24,155 bases of DNA from Fibrobacteria bacterium. GTDB taxonomy: Bacteria > Fibrobacterota > Fibrobacteria > UBA11236. Numbering within the stretch: position 1 is the stretch's first letter; every line of letters begins with the position of its first letter. Below the pieces are notes generated by a model. It was not told where the DNA came from and did no database searches. It worked only from the letters and a program-made list of their open reading frames with translations. Location: assembly GCA_050486505.1 (NCBI GenBank), contig JBJHDK010000013.1:1-24155 (forward strand). The letters run 5' to 3'. The position numbers and the translations under genes were made by a program. Below are positions 1 through 7,333 of the stretch, piece after piece.

Positions 1-369
1 CCGTGGACGTGCGCCGCCTTCACGGTCGGATCGCTCTCGCTGATCGGCATCCCGGGGCTCGCGGGCTTCGTCAGCAAGCTGCAACTCGTTCGCGGCGCGC
101 TTGACGCGGAACTGTACGTTCCCGCCGCCGTGCTCGCGGGCGCGTCGCTGCTGACGGCCGCCTACCTCGCGCCCATCCTGCGCAACATGTATTTCGAGAA
201 GCCCGGCCCCGACACCGTCGAGCACGGCGAGGCCCGCCCGCGCCTGCTGATCCCGTTGCTCACCACCGCGCTGCTCGTCGTCGTCTTCGGCCTCGCGCCG
301 GCGGTCATCGACGGGCAGATCGCGCTCGCCGGCGGGGCCGCGGCCGAAGTCTTCGGGAGGCTGCCGTGA
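1..369 (+). CDS. MrpD/NuoM-N-like proton-conducting membrane transporter subunit, C-terminal part (5' end outside window)
   Basis: Frame 1 is open from base 1: PWTCAAFTVGSLSLIGIPGLAGFVSKLQL...SLLTAAYLAPIL. The SLIGIPxxxGFxSK motif is typical of antiporter-like subunits; TGA at 367-369. Confidence 0.85.
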   Translation, partial: PWTCAAFTVGSLSLIGIPGLAGFVSKLQLVRGALDAELYVPAAVLAGASLLTAAYLAPILRNMYFEKPGPDTVEHGEARPRLLIPLLTTALLVVVFGLAPAVIDGQIALAGGAAAEVFGRLP

Positions 370-647
370 ACACGCGCATCACATGGATCCTCGCGGGCTT
401 TGTGCTCACCCTGGTGATCGCGGGAATCTGGACTCCGCACTACAAGCCCGCGTTTCCCTGGCACCATGTGCCCGGGTATCTCGCCTGGATCGGGCTCGCG
501 GCCTGTGTCGCGCTGATCCTGCTGGCGAAATTCGTGCTGAAGCCCCTGCTGCAGCGCCCCGACACCGAAACGACCGATGCCGACCCCGTCACGGGCGCGC
601 AACCCCCGGACACCCCGCAGACGGAACAGGGAGGCCCCCATGCCTGA
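366..647 (+). CDS. Small two-helix membrane protein of the Mrp-like operon
   Basis: GTG overlaps the upstream stop (GTGA) and follows GGGAGG. Two hydrophobic segments flank FPWHHVPGYLAWIG; the 3' end overlaps the next gene. Confidence 0.75.
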   Translation: MNTRITWILAGFVLTLVIAGIWTPHYKPAFPWHHVPGYLAWIGLAACVALILLAKFVLKPLLQRPDTETTDADPVTGAQPPDTPQTEQGGPHA

Positions 648-2322
648 ACTGCACCCGTCCATTCCGCTGCTGATCGCAGCCGCATTGATGCCTCTGCTGG
701 GCATGCAGGCCCGGCGCACGCTCTCGCTGGTCGCTTCGTTGGTCGCGTTGGGGCTCGTCATCACCCTGCCGCACGACCTGCGCCTGACGGTTTCCGTGCT
801 CGGACAGGAACTCACACCCTTGCGCGCCGACAGGCTGGGCACCCTGTTCGCCCTGGCCTTCGGGGCCTGGGCCGCCATCGCATCGGTCTTCGCCTGGACG
901 GAGCAGGGGCGCGCGACGAAGGCCTTTTCCCTGCTGCTCCCTGCAGGGGGCATCGGAGTGGCGCTTGCGGGCGACCTGTTCTCCTTTTTTCTGTTCTGGG
1001 AGCTCCTGACGGTCGGCTCGCTTTTCCTGATCTGGCAGGGCGGATCACGCGCCGCCCTCGACGCAGGCTTCCGCTACCTGATCCTTCACCTCGCGGGCGG
1101 CGTGTGCCTGCTCACCGGAATCCTGCTGCACTGGCAGGCGTCGGGCAGCCTCGCCTTCGGCGCGATGACGCTGGCCGGCCCCGCAGCGTGGCTGATGGCC
1201 TTGGGCATGCTCACCAACGCAGCGTTGCCCCCCCTGCACGCGTGGCTTCCCGACGCCTACCCGCGCGCGACGATCTACGGGACGGTCTTCCTCGGCGCCT
1301 TCACCACCAAGGCCGCCGTGTACGCATTGGCCCGCGCCTTTCCCGGCTCGGAACCGCTGGTGTGGTTCGGCGCGGCCATGGCCCTGTACGGCATCACCTT
1401 CGCCGTGCTCGAGAACGACATGCGGCGCCTGCTGAGCTACCACATCATCAGCCAGGTCGGGTACATGCTTTGCGGCATCGGCCTCGGCACCGCCCTCGCG
1501 CTCAACGGCGCGGGCGCGCACGCCGTTTTCAACGTGTTCTACAAGGGCCTGCTCATGATGACGGCGGGCGCGATCGTCTATGCCACGGGCACGGGAAAGC
1601 TCTCCGCCCTCGGCGGCGTGGCGCGCCCGTTGATGCTCGTGCTCGTATTCATGATGGTGGGTGCGTTCTCGATCTCGGGCATGCCGCTGTTCAACGGCTT
1701 CGTCAGCAAGGGTCTCATCATCTCGGCCGCCGCCTACGAGGGCCGCGCGGCGTTGGAGATGATCCTGCTCGTCGCCTCGGTGGGCACCTTCCTCAGCCTC
1801 GGCCTCAAGATGCCGTGGCTGGCCTTCTTCGGGGACAAATCCCCGGCGGAGAACGCCCGCGTGGCACGTCCCGTGCCCCTGTCGATGCACCTCGCGATGG
1901 GCACGGCGGCGGCCGCCTGCGTGGTCACCGGGGTCTTCCCCGCCCTCACCTACGCCCTGCTGCCCTTCGAGTTCTCCTACTCCGCCTACACGCCCGACCA
2001 CGTCGTGGGCAACCTTCAAATCCTCGCCGCCACGGCGCTGGTCTTCTGGCTGCTGCGCGGCAAGCTGGGCGGCAAGGCCGCCGTGACGCTCGATGTCGAC
2101 CGGCTCTACCGCGGCCCCATCCGCCGCGCGGTGGCGGGTGCCGGCACGTTCCTGCAAGGCGGCGGCAAGTGGTTCGCCGAAACCATCACGGGCACGATCC
2201 TCGCGCACGGCGATGCATGGCGCCACCTGCCGCGCAAGGCGGCGATGTCGCTCTCGGGACAATCCTGGGTGTTCCTCGTGTCCCTGATCGTTCTGGCGGT
2301 GCTGTTGATCGCCTGGGCCTGA
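640..2322 (+). CDS. mrpD: Na+/H+ antiporter subunit D-like (MrpD family) protein
   Basis: GGAGG RBS before ATG 640. Motifs GDLFSFFLFWEL, PLHAWLPDAYP, FTTKAAVY, RRLLSYHIISQVGYM and SISGMPLFNGFVSK; many TM helices. Confidence 0.88.
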   Translation: MPELHPSIPLLIAAALMPLLGMQARRTLSLVASLVALGLVITLPHDLRLTVSVLGQELTPLRADRLGTLFALAFGAWAAIASVFAWTEQGRATKAFSLLLPAGGIGVALAGDLFSFFLFWELLTVGSLFLIWQGGSRAALDAGFRYLILHLAGGVCLLTGILLHWQASGSLAFGAMTLAGPAAWLMALGMLTNAALPPLHAWLPDAYPRATIYGTVFLGAFTTKAAVYALARAFPGSEPLVWFGAAMALYGITFAVLENDMRRLLSYHIISQVGYMLCGIGLGTALALNGAGAHAVFNVFYKGLLMMTAGAIVYATGTGKLSALGGVARPLMLVLVFMMVGAFSISGMPLFNGFVSKGLIISAAAYEGRAALEMILLVASVGTFLSLGLKMPWLAFFGDKSPAENARVARPVPLSMHLAMGTAAAACVVTGVFPALTYALLPFEFSYSAYTPDHVVGNLQILAATALVFWLLRGKLGGKAAVTLDVDRLYRGPIRRAVAGAGTFLQGGGKWFAETITGTILAHGDAWRHLPRKAAMSLSGQSWVFLVSLIVLAVLLIAWA

Positions 2323-2332
2323 CTCCCCGGGC

Positions 2333-2369
2333 ACGCGGGCGTCCGTTCGCCGCACGGACTCCCCCGCGT
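2333..2369 (+). terminator. GC-rich stem-loop downstream of the Mrp-like operon, possible terminator
   Basis: ACGCGGG/CCCGCGT outer stem and GTCCGT/ACGGAC inner stem, starting 11 nt after the stop; weak U tail. Confidence 0.35.
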
Positions 2370-2408
2370 CTTGGTACCTTCCACCGGATTCCCCGAACGG
2401 AGGCCGGC

Positions 2409-3125
2409 ATGCGCAGAAGCCCCCCATCTTCCCCCCTCGCGACAGCAACGTTCGCGATCGCCGCGGCGCTCGCCCTGACCATCGCCGGCTGCACGCTGAC
2501 GGATGCGCCCGCATCGACGCGCAGCCACATCATTCCCCTTGCCGTCGGCAATACGTGGACCTACGTGGACAGTATCTATCACGACGACATCCTCGACCGC
2601 ATCGACAGCGCGCGCACGATCATCACGGAGCGAAAACGCGTCACCGTGAACGGTGAACCGATGAACGTGTACGTGTCGCGCGGCGCAAACCCGGCCACGG
2701 GATCGGAGGCTGCGACGTCCCACTATCTCCGCAACCGTCCCGACGGCAACCATACCGTGGGCGTTGCACGGGAAGGCATCGAGTTCTTCCAGCCCGTGCT
2801 GCACGTCCGCTACCCGGCGGAGAACGGCGCCCGTTACCCGGCCTGGTTCCTCGACCTTCGCGCCGAGGGCGACTCGCTGGTTCCGGTCATCGACACGCTC
2901 GTGATCGAGGTCGCCGTCGCGGACACCGCCTGCGTCACGCCCGCGGGCATGTTCCGCTGCGTCGAGTATCGCGGCTGGCGCGAAGACACCGTGCTGCACG
3001 CCCGCGCCTGGTACGCTCCCGGCATCGGATACCTCGGGGCGGAAACCGTGCGGGAGCAACACATCAACGGCATCGAAACGACGGTGCGACGCATGCGAGC
3101 ACTCCGCTCATACTCGTTGCATTGA
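2409..3125 (+). CDS. Predicted lipoprotein of unknown function (beta-rich; PLAVGNTWTY / TPAGxF / WYAPGIG type)
   Basis: GGAGG RBS and ATG 2409 inside the 1104..3125 ORF. Signal peptide with lipobox IAG-C; motifs IIPLAVGNTWTY, VTPAGMF, WYAPGIGYL. Confidence 0.75.
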   Translation: MRRSPPSSPLATATFAIAAALALTIAGCTLTDAPASTRSHIIPLAVGNTWTYVDSIYHDDILDRIDSARTIITERKRVTVNGEPMNVYVSRGANPATGSEAATSHYLRNRPDGNHTVGVAREGIEFFQPVLHVRYPAENGARYPAWFLDLRAEGDSLVPVIDTLVIEVAVADTACVTPAGMFRCVEYRGWREDTVLHARAWYAPGIGYLGAETVREQHINGIETTVRRMRALRSYSLH

Positions 3126-3166
3126 CCCCGGATCCGGCGGAATCCACTGACGCTATATTGGCACGC

Positions 3167-3805
3167 ATGGTTTCCACGCGCACCCTCGAATCCCGCTACG
3201 TGCCGGCGCGCGTTCCCGATGACCGCGAGAGGCTCCTTGTCGTGCTGCACGGCCTGGGCGACTCGCTCGACGGCTGGCGCTTCCTGCCCGAAGCGCTCCG
3301 CATTCCCGAGCTGTCCTTCCTGCTCGTCAATGCGCCCGATCCCTATTACGGGGGCTACAGTTGGTACGACTTTCTCGGCGATCCCGCCCCCGGCATCATC
3401 CGCAGCCGTGCGCTTCTCGCCGACCTCCTCGAGGAAGTGGAAGATCAGGGGGTGCGCCCCGCCGACACCTTGCTGTTCGGGTTCAGCCAGGGGTGCCTCA
3501 TGGCCGTGGACGCGGGGCTACGCACCGACAAAACCCTGGGGGGCATCGTGGGCGTTTCAGGATACGTGGGCTTCCCGGAAGAGTACCCCGCGGCCTTCGG
3601 CAAAGCCGCCATGTCGCAAAGGTTTCTCGCCACGCATGGACGCAACGACCCCGTCGTCCCCTACGATCCCGCACGCAAGCAATTCCACACATTGCGCAAA
3701 CTCGGGGTCGGGGTGGACTTCGTCACATACGACAAGGATCACACGATATTGCAGGAAGAACTGGACGACGTGGCGGCGTGGGTGCGGCATGCGGCCTCCC
3801 TGTAA
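3167..3805 (+). CDS. Alpha/beta hydrolase, phospholipase/carboxylesterase family
   Basis: LHGLGD oxyanion motif, GFSQG nucleophile elbow, HGRNDPVV (Asp) and DHTI (His). ATG 3167 preferred over TTG 3122 because TATATT lies 7 nt upstream. Confidence 0.9.
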   Translation: MVSTRTLESRYVPARVPDDRERLLVVLHGLGDSLDGWRFLPEALRIPELSFLLVNAPDPYYGGYSWYDFLGDPAPGIIRSRALLADLLEEVEDQGVRPADTLLFGFSQGCLMAVDAGLRTDKTLGGIVGVSGYVGFPEEYPAAFGKAAMSQRFLATHGRNDPVVPYDPARKQFHTLRKLGVGVDFVTYDKDHTILQEELDDVAAWVRHAASL

Positions 3806-3829
3806 GGGCGAGCCATGGCTCGCCCTTAC
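3802..3829. repeat. Perfect 28-bp palindrome, REP-like, between convergent genes
   Basis: GTAAGGGCGAGCCATGGCTCGCCCTTAC equals its own reverse complement and contains the esterase TAA stop. Confidence 0.8.
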
Positions 3830-3859
3830 CCCCGCACCACGCCGCGAGCGCGGGCCGGG

Positions 3860-4453
3860 TCACAAATGCTCGCCGAGCCACCCCTTCAGTTCCTCGTACT
3901 CCGTGAAGTTTTCGTAGTCCGGGAACTCTCCGCGGATGCCCTCGGGCGCGCGGAAGAAGGTCGCCGTGTCGGCGGCGTGCAGCATGTGGATGTCGTTGTA
4001 TGAATCCCCCGCCGCCGCGACGCGAAAGTTCAGCCCGCGCAAGGCCTCGACCGCATGCTGCTTCTGGTTCTCCTGGCGCAGCGTGTAAGCCAGCTTGCCA
4101 CCGTCTTGCCGGATGTCATGGCAAAAGAGCGTGGGATAACCCATCTGGCGCATGAAGCTTCCCGCGAAGGGATAGAATGTATCCGACAGGATAAAGACCT
4201 GGTAGCGTTCGCGCGCCCAGTCCACGAAATCGCGCGCGCCGGGAAGGATTTCAAGCTCGGCGATGTACTCCTGGATCTTCGGCAATGTGATTCCATGGCG
4301 CGCGCAGATTTCGATGCGACGATCCATCAACTCGCGATAGTCCTTCACGTCGCGCGTGGTGAGGTTCAGTTCGGAGACGCCGCTGCGGTCGCGCACATGC
4401 AGCCAGATCTCGGGCGTAAGCACACCCTCCATGTCGAGGCAAAGGGCTTTCAC
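3860..4453 (-). CDS. thrH: Phosphoserine phosphatase / homoserine phosphotransferase (HAD family)
   Basis: CLDMEGVLTPEIW motif I, LTTRDVKDY, ILSDTFY, AAGDSYND motif IV. Confidence 0.9.
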   Translation of the reverse strand: MKALCLDMEGVLTPEIWLHVRDRSGVSELNLTTRDVKDYRELMDRRIEICARHGITLPKIQEYIAELEILPGARDFVDWARERYQVFILSDTFYPFAGSFMRQMGYPTLFCHDIRQDGGKLAYTLRQENQKQHAVEALRGLNFRVAAAGDSYNDIHMLHAADTATFFRAPEGIRGEFPDYENFTEYEELKGWLGEHL

Positions 4454-4456
4454 GGT

Positions 4457-4771
4457 CTAGAACTCCTCCTGAGGGGGCGCGCCGGGCGTCCCGAACGGCG
4501 CAATGGGCCCGAAATTGCGCTCGAACCGGGAGATGTTTTCCTGCAAAATGGCCGCCAGGGACTTGGCATGCGCCGGGGTCATCACGATACGGGCCTGCAC
4601 CTTGCCCTTGGGGGGGCCCGGGAGGATCCGCGCGCAGTCAAGAACGAACTCCGACCCGCTGTGCGAAACCAGAAACAGGTTCGCGTACGTTCCCTCGGCG
4701 ATGGCATCGGGGAGCTCGATATTGATGGACTGGGAGTTTTTCCCCTCGAATTCGCCATTGGGTGAGACCAT
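4457..4771 (-). CDS. DUF3467 family protein
   Basis: IELPDAIAEGTYANLFLVSHSGSEFVLD...ARIVMTPAHAKSL...ENISRFE; GGAGG RBS; 3 nt from the thrH start. Confidence 0.85.
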   Translation of the reverse strand: MVSPNGEFEGKNSQSINIELPDAIAEGTYANLFLVSHSGSEFVLDCARILPGPPKGKVQARIVMTPAHAKSLAAILQENISRFERNFGPIAPFGTPGAPPQEEF

Positions 4772-5028
4772 GTGTGTTTCCTCCGGAAATCGCGTGATTC
4801 CGGGGAAAGATAGCAGGGAAACCCCTGCAAGCCACCCGATGCAGGCTTGGGATTCTTAGGAATCAATGCTTTGGAAAGTTCGGGTTCGGGAAGAACACTC
4901 GATCAAGCCGGGTTTTCGCGCTTTCCCCGAACCCAAACAATCCAGGGAGAGGTCCTCGAAGGATTCCAAACCAACAGGGATCTGATACAAACACCTATAT
5001 TTGCCACTTCCCCTCACCCAAGGTACCC

Positions 5029-6429
5029 ATGAGCGCAGCGGAAGACGGTTTTGGCGAAGAATGCGGGGTCGTGGGCGTTTTCGGGGGGCCGGAAGTGGCC
5101 CGCCGGACCCTCATGGGCCTTTACTCCCTGCAACACCGCGGACAGGAAAGCGTGGGTGTCGCGGTTTCGGACGGGAGCGCGATCCAGGTCGACAAACGGA
5201 TGGGCCTCGTGACCGGCCTGACCTCCGATGAAAAGGCCGTGGACGCACTCACGGGCATCGCGGCCATCGGGCACGTGCGCTACTCCACTACGGGACGCAG
5301 CAACCTCAATAACGCGCAACCCATGCTGGTTTCGACCAAGCGCGGCCCCATCGCCGTGGCCCACAACGGAAACCTCGTCAACGCCCCAGACATCAGGGCG
5401 GAGATGGAGGAACAGGGGCACATTTTCCAAAGCACGTCCGACACCGAGGTGCTGCTCCACCAGATCGCGCGCTCCCGCCAGCCGGATCTCACCGATGCCA
5501 TCCAGGAATCACTGCAGAAAATCACGGGCGCCTACTGCCTGGTTTTCCTGACACCCACGGCCATGTACGTGGCCCGCGATGGGTTCGGCTTCCGCCCGCT
5601 GTGTCTCGGCAAGCTCGACAAGGCTTGGGTGATCGCCTCCGAGACCTGCGCGCTCGACCTGATCGGCGCGACCTACGTGCGCGACATCAAGCCCGGCGAA
5701 CTGTGCCGCATCGACGAAAACGGGATCGACTCCCGCATGATCACGAAAAAGCCGCGCAAGGCGCATTGCATTTTCGAGTTCGTCTATTTCTCGCGTCCCG
5801 ATTCCAGGATCTTCGGCGAAAGCTGCGACAAGATCCGCCGCAAGATCGGAAAGCAACTCGCAAAGGAACACCCGGCACATGCCGATGTCGTGGTCGCGGT
5901 ACCGGACTCCAGCAATACAGCGGCGCTCGGGTACGCCAAGGAGTCCGGGATTCCCTTCGACATCGGCCTGCTCCGCAATCACTATGTGGGCCGCACCTTC
6001 ATCGACCCGTCACAGAACGCGCGTGAGCAGAAGGTGAAGATGAAGTTCAACCCCATCGCGGGCGTGCTGCGCAACAAGCGGGTCGTGCTCGTCGACGACT
6101 CCATCGTACGGGGCACCACGCTCAAGTTCCTCACCAAAATGCTGCGGGATGCCGGGGCGCGCGAGGTTCACATCCGCATCAGTTCTCCCCCGGTGATGAA
6201 CCCCTGCTTCTACGGAATGGATTTCCCCTCCAAGACGGAGCTGATCGCAGGCAACCTGAACCGCGACGAGACACGCAAGCTGCTGGGCGCCGACAGCCTG
6301 GAGTACCTCTCCATCGAGGGGCTTCTCGCCACGGGCCCCGGGACCCCCGATGACTACTGCGCCGCCTGTTTCGACGGGAAATATCCCGAGGAGATCCCCG
6401 AGGGTAGCACGAAGTTCCGGTGTGAGTAA
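5029..6429 (+). CDS. purF: Amidophosphoribosyltransferase, propeptide and Fe-S type
   Basis: EECGVVG (Ntn Cys after an 11-residue propeptide), LQHRGQES, GHVRYST, HNGNLVN and VLVDDSIVRGTT; Cys motifs HCIFE, PCFYG and CAACF. Confidence 0.97.
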   Translation: MSAAEDGFGEECGVVGVFGGPEVARRTLMGLYSLQHRGQESVGVAVSDGSAIQVDKRMGLVTGLTSDEKAVDALTGIAAIGHVRYSTTGRSNLNNAQPMLVSTKRGPIAVAHNGNLVNAPDIRAEMEEQGHIFQSTSDTEVLLHQIARSRQPDLTDAIQESLQKITGAYCLVFLTPTAMYVARDGFGFRPLCLGKLDKAWVIASETCALDLIGATYVRDIKPGELCRIDENGIDSRMITKKPRKAHCIFEFVYFSRPDSRIFGESCDKIRRKIGKQLAKEHPAHADVVVAVPDSSNTAALGYAKESGIPFDIGLLRNHYVGRTFIDPSQNAREQKVKMKFNPIAGVLRNKRVVLVDDSIVRGTTLKFLTKMLRDAGAREVHIRISSPPVMNPCFYGMDFPSKTELIAGNLNRDETRKLLGADSLEYLSIEGLLATGPGTPDDYCAACFDGKYPEEIPEGSTKFRCE

Positions 6430-6453
6430 ATCTCTTCGCGGAAGGGGCTTCGA

Positions 6454-6542
6454 AGGTAACAGGCATCAGGCAACAGGTGTCGGGAAACGGAAAGACTGCC
6501 CGGTACCGCGACACGCCGCCTGATACCCGACGCCTGTCACCT
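6454..6542. repeat. Inverted repeat of degenerate heptamers between convergent purF and the CDF gene
   Basis: Left arm 6454-6477 AGGTAACAGGCATCAGGCAACAGG versus reverse complement of 6519-6542 AGGTGACAGGCGTCGGGTATCAGG (19/24); the CDF stop is inside the right arm. Confidence 0.75.
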
Positions 6543-7157
6543 CCCTCCCTGCGCTCCCATCTCACGCAAGCTTCGCCGGATGATCCGAAAGGCCGAACGG
6601 AAGAGGATCACCACCAGCACCAGCGCCACCGCCGTGTCGGGCCACTGCGTCGCCGTGATCCACACCCCCGCCGCCGCGACCAGCACCGCAAGATTCTCGA
6701 TCACGTCGTTGCGCGAGCACTCCCACACCGAGGCCATGTTGATGTCCTCGTCCCGATGCCGCCACAGGATCGCCAGGCACGCGCCATTTCCTGCGAGGGC
6801 GATCAGCGTCATGATTCCCATGACCTCGAACACCGGAACGGCGGGATTCATCAGCTTGTACCCGACATGCATGCAGACAGCCAGGGCCGCGATCAGGATC
6901 AGGACTCCCTTGAACAGGGAAACCTTGGCCTTGGTGCGCAGCCCGCGCGAAACCGCGTACAGGCTGAGCCCATAGGTGATGGCATCTCCCAGATTGTCGA
7001 TGCTTCCGGAGAGCAGGGACGACGACTTTGCGTAAAGGGCCGCGATCAGAACCGCAACGAACATCACAGCATTGATCAAGAGCACGATCCACAGGGAGCG
7101 CCGTTGAGCAGGCCCCGGATCGTTCACACCACAAACAGTATCGCAACAATCATCCAT
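6537..7157 (-). CDS. Cation transporter, short CDF (cation diffusion facilitator)-like, lacking the C-terminal cytosolic domain
   Basis: LWIVLLINAVMF, SIDNLGDAITYGLSLYA, DINMASVWECSRNDVIEN and WPD motifs; Cys-rich N-terminus MDDCCDTVC. Confidence 0.85.
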   Translation of the reverse strand: MDDCCDTVCGVNDPGPAQRRSLWIVLLINAVMFVAVLIAALYAKSSSLLSGSIDNLGDAITYGLSLYAVSRGLRTKAKVSLFKGVLILIAALAVCMHVGYKLMNPAVPVFEVMGIMTLIALAGNGACLAILWRHRDEDINMASVWECSRNDVIENLAVLVAAAGVWITATQWPDTAVALVLVVILFRSAFRIIRRSLREMGAQGGR

Positions 7158-7185
7158 GAAGGCTCCCTGTTGTCATGGCTTCGAA

Positions 7186-7253
7186 GGCAGGAGGTGTTAG
7201 GTAAGAGGCAGGAAGTGAAGCGTTGAGATTCGCTCCCTGCTCGCCCTCCTGCC
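7186..7253. repeat. Degenerate heptamer array with imperfect inverted repeat upstream of the CDF gene
   Basis: GGCAGGA GGTGTTA GGTAAGA GGCAGGA, followed by complementary TTCGCTCCCTGCT and CCTCCTGCC. Confidence 0.55.
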
Positions 7254-7296
7254 ACCGGCGCACAACTTCAACCGACCGCACTCCCATCGCCCAACC

Positions 7297-7333
7297 CATA
7301 ACTCATAACTCATAACTCATAACTCATAACTCA
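7297..7333. repeat. Tandem heptamer (CATAACT)x5
   Basis: Five exact copies at 7297-7331 plus CA; the last bases form the TGA stop of the DASS gene. Confidence 0.95.

Noticed and set aside
1104..2408. N-terminal two-thirds of the 673-aa ORF as an overlapping gene or frameshift fusion
   Set aside because: Arg/Pro/Gly-rich off-frame translation of mrpD; the real gene starts at 2409 with its own RBS.
4772..5028. Purine, ZMP/ZTP or PRPP riboswitch ahead of purF
   Set aside because: No consensus motifs recognised, and the likely -10 at 4996-5001 leaves only about a 20-nt leader.
6446..6542. Classical integron attC site
   Set aside because: No RYYYAAC/GTTRRRY terminal boxes in the right arrangement and no intI in the window; kept only as an analogy.
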